DNA of 63,981 nt, the filler included, from Reticulomyxa filosa (Eukaryota; Protista; Foraminifera): assembly GCA_000512085.1 (NCBI GenBank). It is 23 parts of 23 records of this genome, joined end to end, with 100 filler letters (N's around TTAATTAATTAA, not from the genome) between each part and the next. Parts side by side here need not be neighbours in the genome. Positions count along the whole stretch, not along the records: positions 38,186 to 39,661 come from ASPP01045648.1; positions 39,762 to 41,472 come from ASPP01005019.1; positions 41,573 to 43,377 come from ASPP01021297.1; positions 43,478 to 45,673 come from ASPP01020125.1; positions 45,774 to 46,859 come from ASPP01015035.1; positions 46,960 to 48,283 come from ASPP01025013.1; positions 48,384 to 49,672 come from ASPP01007019.1; positions 49,773 to 55,231 come from ASPP01005598.1; 15 more parts are not named here. One strand, given 5' to 3'. Shown piece after piece: positions 38,188-51,534 of the stretch; the stretch's first letter is position 1, and each line of letters begins with the position of its first letter. Position numbers and translations under genes: made by a program. The notes under the pieces are model-generated. The model did no database searches. It was not told the origin of the DNA and saw only the letters and a program-made list of their open reading frames with translations.

Positions 38188-39108
38188 GCGGATGAGGTAG
38201 CAACAGAAATTAAAGATAAGCATGTAATTTTGTTCCTTGGAGGCACCGGAAGTGGTAAATCCACATTGATACATTATCTTGCTGGATCAAAGATGGAAAA
38301 ACAAATTGTAGACGGTAACAATCATATTGCCCCTGTCGAAGTCAAAAATAAGGCTCTACGAAACGTTGTCACCAGTGCAAGAGCAGTGTCAGAGACGCGA
38401 CACATTACAGCCGTCCCAATCGATTTGAAGGAGATGAGGGTATTTACCGAGGAAGACAGTGTCGTGCTTTGTGACACTCCAGGTTTTGAAGATACAAGTG
38501 GTCCCGAAGTTGATGTTGCCAATGGCATTGGAATCATTCGGGCGCTCAAGTGTTGCAAAAGTATCAAGCCTGTGGTCTTGGTCAGTTATACTGCATTAGG
38601 GAATCGAATGAGTTGTGTTAGAGGCTTGGCTCGTACCTTAGGACAAATTATCTCATCAATTGATGATCATCTCAGTGCAGTTGAATACGTGTTTACCAAA
38701 TTTCCCAAAAAAGAAAAACAAACAATCCCTGCGTTGGTACGAGAAACTTATTTCAGCATACCCAAAGACGAGACGGACAAAGGGTACAAGTCAATTCTGG
38801 CAGATATCGCTAGAAAAACAAAGAAGTATGTGTTTGCACCTCATTTACTCGAAGATCCGCCTCTCGATTTATTGCAGGAACTTACCGATATAAGAAGCTT
38901 CATCCGCCATCCAGAAGAGGTATTTCAATCTTTCCTTACTGAAAAAGCAAACCATGCTGTCCACTTACAAGTGGAGAAACACAAGGCTAGTGTTTTGCCA
39001 GCATTCAAAAATTGCAACTTCAAATTTGTTCAAACGAAGTTGGACGAACTCGTCGCTTTAAACGCAGTTTTGGAAAATAAGTTGATTGAAAAGGATTACA
39101 AGGAATAG
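38188..39108 (+). CDS. P-loop GTPase domain, AIG1/septin/50S-ribosome-binding-like (TRAFAC); 5' missing and possibly truncated
   Basis: G1 GGTGSGKST, G2-like SET, G3 DTPGFEDT and G4-like VFTK, followed by a helical extension. Frame open from the contig edge to TAG 39108. Confidence 0.8.
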   Translation, partial: ADEVATEIKDKHVILFLGGTGSGKSTLIHYLAGSKMEKQIVDGNNHIAPVEVKNKALRNVVTSARAVSETRHITAVPIDLKEMRVFTEEDSVVLCDTPGFEDTSGPEVDVANGIGIIRALKCCKSIKPVVLVSYTALGNRMSCVRGLARTLGQIISSIDDHLSAVEYVFTKFPKKEKQTIPALVRETYFSIPKDETDKGYKSILADIARKTKKYVFAPHLLEDPPLDLLQELTDIRSFIRHPEEVFQSFLTEKANHAVHLQVEKHKASVLPAFKNCNFKFVQTKLDELVALNAVLENKLIEKDYKE

Positions 39109-41574
39109 CAAGTCTTAAACAGGTGGCAAGCAAAGGACTTGAAGTGTTCAAAAAGTCAATGAAAAGGGACTATTAACAAAAAAAAAAGTGTGGTACACGA
39201 AACTTTATAAAAGGTAAGGGACCAGGACCATAATTATGTTTATAACTACCTCAATGGTAGTACCAAAAAGACTCGTTGGTTAGACTGGTTTTTATCATTG
39301 CTAGCTTTTGTGACTGCATCTCTTTGAATCATAATTAGTTTGACTACGATCTTTTTTTTTTATTATTGATTAAAAAAAAATGTTGCTCGACGTTTTACCG
39401 ATTTTAGAATGTTTGCCATCAATTTATTGTAAACGACTATATTAAGAGCAAAAATTTGGTAGAATTTTAATATATCGAAATTTCAAACATCTCATTATTT
39501 AAAGCAAAGAGGCAACTTCCCAACAACAATGATGAAAGATATTTAAATTTTTTCAAAAAGAGGGCATATTGTTATTATGTTAAAAAATTAACTCCTTTCT
39601 CAACCCATTTTATTTTTTCAACATTTGTGTTAAAAGCACTCATAAATTGTGATAAAAAAAANNNNNNNNNNNNNNNNNNNNNNNNNNNNNNNNNNNNNNN
39701 NNNNNTTAATTAATTAANNNNNNNNNNNNNNNNNNNNNNNNNNNNNNNNNNNNNNNNNNNNTGGTTATTGGCAGTCAAAATAGTCATTTGGCACCAACGT
39801 GACACTGAGTTGAATTTCCAATCATTTTAAGAACATGTGGAGAACGCTTCCACCTGTTTAACTTAGTCCATCCTTGTGACATTAACTCTCTTGACTGAAT
39901 GGTGACAAATACAAAGTGATCCATTAACGTCAAAAGAAACAATTAATAAATGTTATTCAAATTATTAGTGCATCTTTTTGAATTATCTAATTTTTTCATT
40001 ATTTCATTCAGCATCACCATATTCACGTCATCACAGTATTACTTTTTAGTAATGTATTATCTCTTTGTGGTATAACACTTACCATGCTTTCATATTATCA
40101 ATATGGCCTTCTTTTAGTGCAGTTTCCACCTCATTTGTAAGTGCGTGAAGTATTTCATACTTTGGAGCTTTTTTGTTTGTACAATGTTGATTACTGGCAT
40201 CGCAAGTTTTGAAATGCTTTTTTTTTTTTGAAAGGACAAAACGTGAAAACTTGTAATGCATTTACTCTTTTCTTCATTCCTACAATTGATATTAACTTGT
40301 TGAATCAGATCACTAAGTTCGGTGTGCAACTGCCTACTAATTTCTTGGGTTGCAATAAATCGGTGTCAATTCGATTAACTGAAGCCTGCAAGTTCTTGAT
40401 CATATGAAGGCATAATGAGGTTTGAGCCATCTCATGCGAAGGAATTACTATCTGTTGATCGCGCGTGAGTGTCTATTTGCTGCTCCCAAGTATGTAATAC
40501 AGATTAGCACAAATAAAAAAAACTTTGTGATATTCAAAAAAAAATTTATTAGTCGAAGCAAAATTATTTGAATACATTTATAGATTAGATTAAACAGAAA
40601 TCATTGCTACTCATATTACTGATATTATTGATTTTTCTTTTGGACAGTGGGAAAAAAATAAATTGTAACGCAAAATCATTATAATGTTTGAACATTATAC
40701 TGAAAGTACCCTTTTTTTTCTCCCAAATTTGTGCAATCATATCTAGATTTAAATAAAATCAACAAAAGAAAAAACAAAACAAGCCAAAAAAAAAATTCAC
40801 AAATCATCCAACACTCACATCAAAGAAAATGTAAACTTATTTCTGCTTGTTTCCTCCTTTTTACTGTGTTTGAGGTGCGGCGGCTTTATTGTGGTTTTCT
40901 TGTGCTTGCTTTTGTTTCTCTCTTCTATTCGCGTTTTCGTTAATTGGCATCTTCTTCGTTCTCTGTCTTGACTGAGAGCCTTCTTGTCACCTTTTGCACA
41001 CTGCTCCCTGGACTTTTGCTATTCACAAAGGATATACTTTTTTTCATCAACGTTCGTTTTTATTGCGGATTTGCGTGCAATTTTATGGTTTACCACCCTT
41101 GAAAGCAAATATAACAAACAACAACAAAAATTCACACATTATACAAGCTACGAAACTCTTGTCGCTTGGGTCAAAATTCGAGCAATGTTTGCAATTCCTT
41201 CTTCAATTTTTCTAATTTTTGAATATCGTTGAGCCGGACCATAAATAACCAATCTTCCAATTATAACCTTTACATTTTATATATAAAAAAAAAAAAGAAG
41301 CCACAAGGACCTCGATATCGAGGTGCCGAATATGTAAATATAAACAGAAAAATATATGCGAGTGTGGCAGCTTGTTCATTACAAACCTGTAAGCTTCCAC
41401 ACTTTTTTTCCACAAAATAAAAAGTATTGCAGAAATTGAATAGACAGTGACATTACAAATGTCAACAAAGAANNNNNNNNNNNNNNNNNNNNNNNNNNNN
41501 NNNNNNNNNNNNNNNNTTAATTAATTAANNNNNNNNNNNNNNNNNNNNNNNNNNNNNNNNNNNNNNNNNNNNGG

Positions 41575-42045
41575 AGTGTAAAATATGCATCAAATGAATT
41601 TGTAGATACTGGTTGTGCAAATACAATATTATCTGGGTCATGGGACAACAGTGTTCGTTTATGGGATATTCGATCTGGTCAACAAATTCAAGTATTCAAC
41701 GGACATACAAGGGACACGAATGCTGTTGAATATTCACCATTTGTAGTAGATAATAATGAAGCTGGTTATATTTCAAATGTGATATGTTCTGGATCGGCAG
41801 ATAATGCAATTCTTTTTTGGGATATTCGATCAAATAAGAAGGAATTGTATGTTATTAAAGGAGATGATCAAGAGGATAATGGAATAATATCTCTTAAATT
41901 TTTCGGCTTCAAAACAAAAGAAAATGGCAAGATCCGTGATAATCGTGATTGTGGTATTAATCTGTGTTATGGCTCAGGAAACGGTTATATTCGTGTTTGG
42001 GGGGTAACACCATTTTTCAATAACAAAAAATGTTTGATGATTTGA
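41575..42045 (+). CDS. C-terminal part of a WD40-repeat protein (same subfamily as 26186-27582)
   Basis: SVKYASNE...TILSGSWDNSVRLWDIRSGQQIQVFNGH...VICSGSADNAILFWDIRSNKKELY...IRVWG. An extra G in TGGGGGG appears to bypass the family's WG* stop. Confidence 0.85.
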   Translation, partial: SVKYASNEFVDTGCANTILSGSWDNSVRLWDIRSGQQIQVFNGHTRDTNAVEYSPFVVDNNEAGYISNVICSGSADNAILFWDIRSNKKELYVIKGDDQEDNGIISLKFFGFKTKENGKIRDNRDCGINLCYGSGNGYIRVWGVTPFFNNKKCLMI

Positions 42046-43102
42046 TTTTTTTTTAAAGAATGTATTTTTCCCTCACCAATTTACAATGAGTGTATTTGTA
42101 GATTTTTTTTTTTTTGGTAATTTTGAGAAAGAAATCCTTCAAATTATAATGAATGGTCATATTCGTAACTTTAGAGTCTGTAATAATTCCTAGATGACAA
42201 AAAGAATTAATGTATGAAAGACTTGATTTTTTGTTGGTCCATTGCTTTATACTGAGAAACATGCCGACGTGTTTTTGCATGCAAAGGATGGACGCAAGCA
42301 AAGTTTCTCATTTGCTATCTTATTTTTGGTTTTTTTTTGTAGCACAGCGGGATAAAGCTAAATCCTGACATTGTTAGCAATTTTGAATTTTTCATTGCAA
42401 AGTCCTAATTCTTATGTTTTTGTTTACATTCGCACGTACAGCAAAAGAAAAATATTGCATCAATGTGAAGGAAAGTTTCAGCGCATTATCAGATCAGAAT
42501 ATAATTTCCCTTTACCCGACTAGGTACAAAGGAACATCACATAACGTTGACAGAAAAAAAAGGTACAAACGCGTTAGGTTAGTTGAATTAAGAAAACAGC
42601 AAAAGAAACAGCAACAACATGCTCAAAATCACAAAGCACAGATGACGATAAACAAAAAAAGAGAAATCATTCATTGGATGTATATAAAACGATAGCAAAG
42701 GATAATTAGAAGACGCAGCAATCACTCAAATGAAACAAATGCAAAACAAACTTTCCCTTGGTTATTTTCCTGTAGGAAAATAACAACAACAACAACAAAA
42801 CTACCCACAAAAATTCCCCATATATCGATGCACCCCTTTCAAGTTTGTTTTTCTTTTGTGTAGCAAAAAACAATGAGCAAACACGTCAACAGCCAATTGA
42901 ATGATGTATTTTTTTATCTTTACTTTGTTAATTTTTTCTGTTTGTTTTCGTTATCTTTGAAAAGGTTGCTTTGAAATACAGGGAAGGAAGACGAGAAAAA
43001 AAAAAAAGTCAAAAACAAGCAAATAACCAACAACAACAACAAAAGAAAAAAACCAACAAACTAAAAAAAAAAAAAAAAAAATAAAGATTACCATACTGGC
43101 AT

Positions 43103-43318
43103 TTATGGCAAACGAATGGACACAGACGACATAAGATTAGTCTGATTGTCACCTCGCGAATTGTTGACACGTTCTTCAGCGTTGTCACGTTTTTCTTGAG
43201 GTGCAGGAGAAGAAGTTGCATTAACGCGCGCGGGTTGTCGCATATCTTGCAATTGGCGTTGCAAATCAGCAACTTGTTTTCCCAGCACTGAATTTGCCAT
43301 CTCCAAATTTACAATGGC
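43103..43318 (-). CDS. Last exon of a coiled-coil hypothetical protein
   Basis: TAG|GCC acceptor after an (AT)n intron; AIVNLEMANSVLGKQVADLQRQLQDMRQ...LP*. Confidence 0.55.
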   Translation of the reverse strand, partial: AIVNLEMANSVLGKQVADLQRQLQDMRQPARVNATSSPAPQEKRDNAEERVNNSRGDNQTNLMSSVSIRLP

Positions 43319-44798
43319 CTAAAACATATATAATATATAATATACATATATGTATATATATTATATATGTATATATANNNNNNNNNNNNNNNNNNNNNNN
43401 NNNNNNNNNNNNNNNNNNNNNTTAATTAATTAANNNNNNNNNNNNNNNNNNNNNNNNNNNNNNNNNNNNNNNNNNNNGGAACCCACCACCAAAGACAATC
43501 AAACCACCATCTGCAATCAAATAACACCATCATCTCAATATCCACCACAATCACCATTCTATTACGACCACGACGATACTATCACGACCACACGTCGACG
43601 TCTTTACCACCAACGATCGTCGACTCTCTATTTTATTTGTAGTGTGTTTGACAACTCCAAACTTTCACTCGTTAAAAACCAAAAAAAAAAGTGTTTGTTT
43701 AACTCTCTCCGAACGAAATCAACGCAAATATCAAGCGCCATTCTCCACCACCGACATCCGGACACGAACGAAAACGAACAGTTTCAGAAAAAAGTGAAAA
43801 AGCGCTCACTTCAACTTTTTTTCTTGTACAAGTTGTTTTCTTTTAAAGAATCTGTCATCTCATTATAAGAACTTTTTCACAAAGCAAGTGTTAAACATAT
43901 TCTTTACTGAGAATGGAATAGTTATTTAACGAATGAAGTAAATGAAATGTAAACACATAAGCTTCCCAAATGGCTCCGAGTAATCTAGTTGATGAGCAAT
44001 CATTTGAAAAGATTGTAATTCATAAATTAGAATTATATAGCATAGAATTATTTGTAGAGTAATAATATGTAAAAACTGTATTAAGTGCATTCACCAACTT
44101 TGTAGTTATTTATGAATGCTGCAGACGCACAAAGACTGATCAGTTTTGTTTGGGAGTATAAATCCCAACTTTTTAAAAAAGAGAAAACCAAAAATATAAG
44201 TGAGAAGCTGTAAAACGAAAGTTTGAGTACGAGGGAATATCCACAAATAAAAATGGAGCCACGAGGCACGACAACCAACGTAACACTTTAATAAAGATTT
44301 ACAATAACGATAAAAAAATTAAGGTATTCAAATTATAAATTTTATCTTTCATTTTATTGTGAAGAGTAATTATTTGACTTGGTCAAACAAAAATTAAAAA
44401 GATTATTACATATTTATAATAAAAAACTATCGCTGACATATCTAACAAAAGGCATCTATATTAAAAGTTTTCGTCCTTTTCTTACGATTGTATAATTGTG
44501 TAGGAATATTGTAATGAAGTATTCATTAGTTGTAAATATTGTAAGATTATGTTATATTGATATTTTTATTTGATGTCACAATATATTATACACTTTCATC
44601 ATGTTATAATATTATTTTTTATTATATACGTATAGCATTGCTCAAACTTTTTAGACACTCTTGGATTTTAACCTTTGTCAATATTGAGAAAAGATGGATT
44701 GAATCGAGGCTTTGGTGTTTATTAATGATTTCGGTACTGTGATAGTGAACTAGGAAAATTTCATGAAACATATATTTTAAATTTTGTATTATAAGTAT

Positions 44799-45015
44799 TT
44801 AAGTTTTTGTTTTCAATTTAAGTTTTTTGTTTAGTTCCCACATTTTCTCAAACTTGTTTCGAACAATGAAAGTGCTTAATTTCTCAGCCACTTTGTGGGG
44901 GGTATCTTCATGGACAGCATGTCCAACGCCAAGTCCCATCACTGCGAGTTCATACTTGCCTTGCATTTGTCCAATCATTAAAGGTTTATCCAAGCGGTCA
45001 GTATCTATCAAATGT

Positions 45016-45052
<37 letters not shown>

Positions 45053-45616
45053 TTTCAGTCTACCAAACACACACACAAAAACAAAGGACCTGCCAACATC
45101 AACAATTTAGCGCAAGGGATAGTTAAAAATAAATCGCTCATTCCAACAAACCAGTCTTCCCAAAAAGGTTTTGATTTCATGATATCAGTGCGCCATTTGA
45201 AAACGCGAAGTTGTTCATCCCATCGAAACATAGGCGGGACGCTGAGCCTGGCGGACAAGTGGTTTCGAATCATGCCGCTGCTGACACAATAGTGAATGCA
45301 TTCCCAAAGGTGGGTAAATTGTTTGGGCCTGCCGTCAATGATTAGAGGCATATGTTGCAGCGAATCCAAGGCCGTGCCTTCCACCACGTCAATGACGACA
45401 ATGCCTTGCAAGGAAGGGAGAAGTTTCTGCGAAATGGCTTTATTGGCACAGTGGATCGCCAAGGCACCTCCCAGCGAATGTCCAACCAAAAGCATTGGCG
45501 GAGGACTGTCCGTTCCAAATTTTTTATTCACTACAGCAATTATATCATCGACCAGTATATCTTTTGTCCAATTGTATTCCTCTTTGTCTTCCTTCATTAC
45601 CGTATCTCCATGGCCT
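44799..45616 (-). CDS. PPME1: Protein phosphatase 2A methylesterase 1 (PME-1), 5' exons missing; exons 45616-45090 and 45004-44799
   Basis: GHGDT, nucleophile motif GHSLGG, DVVEGTA, RP..F, SARLSVP, W..WF.G.S..FL, KLL.LA.TDRLDK.LMIGQMQGK and GHAVHED.P are signature PME-1/Ppe1 segments. In-frame GT-AG intron. Confidence 0.93.
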
Positions 45617-45638
45617 CTTTTAATATATGTATACATAT

Positions 45639-45672
<34 letters not shown>

Positions 45673-46959
45673 ANNNNNNNNNNNNNNNNNNNNNNNNNNN
45701 NNNNNNNNNNNNNNNNNTTAATTAATTAANNNNNNNNNNNNNNNNNNNNNNNNNNNNNNNNNNNNNNNNNNNNAAAAAAGATAATTGAAAAAAAGGGAAG
45801 TGGGGGAAAAAAAGAGAAAGAAATTAGAAATTTTTTATGATGATAAAAAAAATAATAAAGAATATAATAATAAATGAAAAAATAAAAACGTATAAAAAAG
45901 AAAAAGAGAAAAAAGTTGGAGGAAAAAAAGAAAAAATTGAAAGTTAATTTTTTATTATTTAAATGTTGGAGATTTGACTCCAAAAATTATTGTATAAGGT
46001 GGGTATAATAATTTAAAGTTAAGTAAAATAAACAAATATATCCACTTTTCACAATTTTTTTTTGTAACATTAAAATAAACATTTTTTTTTCCATATAGGC
46101 GGCAAATGAAAAAAAGTATGTGTGGGTACGTGTGTGACAGCCTTTATAAGAAAAAGAGTATCGATCCAATCAAAAATATTTGCTACATTGGTGGGCGCGT
46201 TGTAAGACATTACAATGGATATTGTGATCGTCCCGGAGATTACATGGATTACTACACATTGGTTTTGCAGTTATTTTAATTCAAAAAAACAAAAAAACAA
46301 ATTGAAACAAAAAGTTGTTACTAAGGTATATTGTTTTGTGATATAAAGATTTGGAGACTGAGCTTTAATCGTTTGCGTTTTTGGATAGCATAGAAACATT
46401 TGTTGTGGATTGGGTTTCGAGAACACATGCATCTTTGACAACGATCGCACATTGTATCATGCACAAGTTGAACCACGCTTCAAACGGCCAAGTCCAAAGT
46501 GATGAATCCCAATTACAATCAAAAAATTTTGGAAGAAAATATTGTCTGTTATCAAAGCTGGGGAAGTAATTCATGTGTCGTTGTCAGTGGAAGTTCTATA
46601 CATTATTACAAACCAACACTCTATGCGAAGGAGTCAATCGCAAATGCCAGTGCAAAGTCCTAGTTACAATCCACACTGTCCAATCGCTGTCATGCGCAAT
46701 CACCTACTGGGACTCCTCCTTCACATCGATCTCCGTGTTGTCCATCCGACCTCAGCCCCAACTTTTTCTCACACCTCCTATCCTGCTGTGAAGTCGACTG
46801 TTGATCGAGTTATATATTCGAATACAGTTTTTATAAAATGTGCCTGCGTTGTCTCCCTGNNNNNNNNNNNNNNNNNNNNNNNNNNNNNNNNNNNNNNNNN
46901 NNNTTAATTAATTAANNNNNNNNNNNNNNNNNNNNNNNNNNNNNNNNNNNNNNNNNNNN

Positions 46960-48251
46960 TTTTTTAACTTTAGAAATTTAAGACATAATATTCCATTGTT
47001 TTCATTATCTCCTTTGATCGAATATAATTCTTTCTTATTTGATCGAATATCCCAAAATCGAATTGTCCCGTCATCCGATCCAGAGCATATTGTATTCCTA
47101 TTACCATCAACTACAAATGGCGAATATGCAACAGCGTTCACACGATAGTGACTAAATACTTGAATTTGTTTACCAGATCGATTATCCCACAAACGAACAC
47201 TGCTATCACTTGACCCAGATAATATTGTATTTGCACAACCATTAATCCACGGTCCATATTTTACACTTTTCACATAATGTTCATGTTTTTTGAATACATT
47301 CAATTGTTTGGTTGTTTCAATATCCCATATTCGAATGGTTTTATCCCATGATCCAGAACAGATTGTATATCCATTTCCACCAATCACACCAATGCTATTA
47401 CTTTCAAAATGGTTGCCATAGCTTTGCAATGGTGAAACATCAACACACCAAATGGCATCTGTATGTCCATTGAAAACATGCAATGATTTAAATGTTTCAA
47501 CATCCCATAAACGAATAGTTTTGTCATATGATCCAGAGCACAAATATCGACCATATTTAAAGGTGACACTTCCATGCAATAAATAGAATCAGTATGTTCA
47601 CCAACTACTTGTGTCTTTCGATTATCTTTGATATCCCAAAAAATTATTTTTTCATCAACTGATGAAGAACAAATCACACTGCGATAATGATTACGATAGT
47701 GATATGGAGAAAATTTTACACAATATACATCACTGGAATGTCCCTTAAACTGGGTTTGTTTGCTGGCCTCCATATTCCATAAACAAACTGTATTATCGTG
47801 TGATCCAGAACAAATGAATTGACACCATCGAATGCTGCATAATCAATACTATTCACACTACGTGTGTGTCCGGTGAATATCTTGAATAATTTCGAAAACA
47901 AACTAGATATATTAAAAACGATTGTACTTGCCTATATTAAAATAGTGATTATATATGATAAAAATAAATAAGAATTTAACATCTGGTTGACATGAATAAA
48001 AAAAAATAATGCACAAAAGAAGCATTACATAATTGACAACAAGTTTGTCGAATTCACGGATCCATCCTAATTTAATGTCGAATTTTCGAACCCAATGTAC
48101 AATAATAATTAGAATCTCTTCTTCTTCTGACTAATTCGGTCACAAATCATACACAATAATGTAAAGACAATCAACCTTTCCAAAGATTAAACTGAAGCTT
48201 ACTTACCAATGATTGCTGTATCGAGATTTGGTTTTCGTTAAAAGTAGTCAT
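46960..48251 (-). pseudogene. WD40 paralogue with two frameshifts; exons 48251-48207, 48130-48029, 47931 to contig end
   Basis: Same three-exon layout (SEEEEILIIIVHWVRKFDIKLGWIREFDKLVVNY). The WD40 frame is split across ORFs 47716-47901, 47384-47773 and 46908-47579 (shifts near 47820 and 47565). Confidence 0.8.
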
Positions 48252-48383
48252 TCTTTCAGCCCTTTTGGAGATTGCCTTAGATGNNNNNNNNNNNNNNNNN
48301 NNNNNNNNNNNNNNNNNNNNNNNNNNNTTAATTAATTAANNNNNNNNNNNNNNNNNNNNNNNNNNNNNNNNNNNNNNNNNNNN

Positions 48384-49605
48384 AGAACAAGAACAAGAAC
48401 AAGAACAAGAACAAGAACAAGAACAAGCACAAGCACAAGCACAAGAACAAGAACAAAAACAAGAACAAGTACAAGGAGAAGTACAAGGACCAAAAAAGAA
48501 ATCGAAAAAAAAAAAAAAAAAGTGAAAAAAGTGGAAATTCCGCCCCCTTGTTTGACTGTGTTACAATTGATGACGCACCCTGGTTATATAAACAAGGACG
48601 CCGCGTTAACGGAAGAGATGGTGATTGAAATATGCAACGAAGTTTTGAGCCTTTACAAACAAGAGCAATACGCAGCGTAACTGCATCCTTCCCAAAAGTA
48701 ATAACAATTGATATTAACATTCTTAACATTGACAATAATGTAACACAAAGGCATTGGAAAAGCATGAAGAATACTACAAACAAGCGAGCGATATGATAAG
48801 ACAAATGTACCCGAAAATGAATATTGGCGAGTATATCGCAAGATTCTTATTGACTGCAGATAAGACCGACGGGACAGGTGCAGTGCGAAAGAGCATCAAC
48901 GACGGTAGTTTGGGCGAGTGGATTCAGACGACATTGGAGAATCTTGCGCAGTTGTTATTATTACAACAGCAACTACTGTTGCAACAGCAACAAGAACAAC
49001 AACAACAACAACAACAACAAGAACAACAACAACAAAAACAGATGCAAAAAGATGAAGAACAAAAACAACCATTAAAAAACAAGGAAGTAATGATTGACGA
49101 AACTTTAGACAAAAATTCACAAGCGAAGAAGGAGGAGGAAGCGGAGGACTCGTACTTATACAAAGCTGCGTATGTGACGTACATGGTGCCAAGGGCGTCG
49201 GAAACGTATCACGCGGCATTAGTGCTTGGCTATTGTCTGAACAAATGTCAGTGCTTGCTTCCCAAAATTTGTATCGTTCCGACGTCGGCCATGGACTCAA
49301 ACACCCCCACCACGCTCAAGTTCGAGTTCCAATTGCTCCATCTGTTCTACGATCTCATTCTGCCTATCCCTTTTGATGATACCCGTTTTCGCACTTGCGT
49401 TCTCAAGATTTTTGCCTTTGGCATTTTATCTGCTTCTCGAGTTTCTCTCCCTTTCATACTTTTATGCTATTTTTATATGTCCGTACATTATATACATATA
49501 TACACTTTTTTTTGAATGATTAGGTTTTCTTCATTGAGCCACACAGTCTTGTGCTCAAAAATTTGGATACATTTGTGGCAGAGTACAAAGATGTCCCCTG
49601 CACTG
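48384..49605 (+). CDS. Internal exons of a polyQ/Glu-Gln-rich protein with a glycogenin-like (GT8) domain lacking DxD
   Basis: AAYVTY...YHAALVLGYCL...LKIFAFGILSASR|VFFIEPHSLVLKNLDTF parallels glycogenin AYVTL..Y..GALVLG.SL...KL..F.L..Y.RV.FLDAD.LVL.NID.LF. Intron 49441-49523 is in frame. Confidence 0.7.
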
Positions 49606-49772
49606 TGTTATCCCCATACAACACTAATTTAGCCACTCAATATATACAGTTATATACGTATATATATATATANNNNNNNNNNNNNNNNNNNNNNNNNNNN
49701 NNNNNNNNNNNNNNNNTTAATTAATTAANNNNNNNNNNNNNNNNNNNNNNNNNNNNNNNNNNNNNNNNNNNN

Positions 49773-51481
49773 GATAATAATAATGATAATAATAATGATA
49801 ATAATAATGATAATGACAATAATAGTAACAGTAATAATGACAATAACGACAATGATAATCACAATGATAGTCATAATGATAATCATTGTGATGATGACAA
49901 TGATAAGAACAATCACAATGACAATAATAATGATTGCAATCTTACAATCCAGAGTGATTGTACGTCTTTAATTAAACCTGAGAAGAGTATGAAGCGAAAA
50001 ATTTTTAATAACCTTGCGTGCGTTGAGGCAATGATCAGCCGAGTTGTGTTAATATTCCATGGCGTTACTGACTCAATTGTACCTATAGATCATTCCCTTG
50101 CATTGCAAGCGAAAATGAAAGAGGTCAGACAAAAAAGAAAAAATAGGGACGAAGGTAAAAAAAAATTTTTCTGGAGAAAGAAGGGGTCAATGACGTGTCC
50201 AATTGGTTTGTGAACGTATGCCAAAATAAAAATAAAAAAAAAATTTGAAGCTGGATCCGAGCAAGACAGTTCGTGTTTTACAAGAATTGAGTTTTTCAAA
50301 TTATACAACAGAGGTCACAATGATATAGTCCCTGAAAGAGATCTCTCAATGAGAATCTTCCGAGAACTATCGAAATTGAGAGATAGAAATGAGTTAGATG
50401 CATTTGAAAAGCTTCCAGATATGATAAGACATGCATATGATTCACTCTCGGAACAAGCGAAATCAAAGTTGCCTTCGAACAATTCTAGAGTTGGGATCAC
50501 TAGTTGTGAGTATGGTCTTTTCTTCGTCCACCATTTGCTCTAAAAATGGCTTGGACGGAAAGGAACTCTAATGGCGACAAAAGTATTCCTTTTTCTCTTC
50601 TTCACTCACTATTCATCTATTCGGTTTGTTACTTGATCGATTTTGGTGCCATTTCGTCGATTGTTCTGTTTTTCATTCAGTCTTAAAATAGTAATTTTTT
50701 AACTCAAGGAATTTATTTTATACTAATTTTTGTCGTTGTTGTTTAGTTGTAACTTTACAAACTTCCAAAAAAAAAAAAAAAAAAAAAAAGGGAATACTGA
50801 ACTAAAAACCGGTCAATCTTCACGAGATATGCAACCGACACCAGCATGCGACCATTTACGAAGATACTTTGCGGATAATCTCTTGAGACAAACAGTGAGC
50901 ATCTTGGATCAATATTGTTCATCGACAGAGCTGCTAAGCCATGTGTTTTTCACATTGAAAGCAAAGCCCACGGACTTGGTGATAATATTCCAATTGATGT
51001 TGCAAGAGAAGCAAATAACATTGGAGTACCCATCCTACCATATTTTCAGTGAGGATCGATTGAAGATTTTTAAGTTGGTAATGTACTTTTGCCAAAACCC
51101 CTGTTCGATTTCAAGTCGAAGCACAGACGCGAGAAAGCGTCAAGAGAAGTTGCAGTTCGCAGTTAAGTATTGCGAACACTTTCGAAACAATACGGCGGAG
51201 AATCTGTACACTATCATACGCAAAGTATTGCCTTTGGGGAGCGCATTGGAGCACCACAAGCTCGTAATTTGGAAAACGTTGAAAGCCAACGAACAGCTGC
51301 TGGTGATGAACACTCCAAAACATAAACACACGTTTCAAAACGTGTTCAAATATTTGGACACACTAAAAATCTTGGACAAAGTCCAAAAAACGGAGCCAGA
51401 AAATTTGAAGCAGTATTTGGCATCGCTGAGCAAAGTCAGTCATTTGGAAGAGGTCCAAACATCAACCCCACGCAATAGCTT

Positions 51482-51534
<53 letters not shown>

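Noticed and set aside
40000-40500. Protein-like minus-strand fragments
   Set aside because: Multiple stops and no recognisable motif; cannot support a call.
46170-46800. Possible plus-strand exons
   Set aside because: In-frame stops and no recognisable family; not enough evidence for a CDS.
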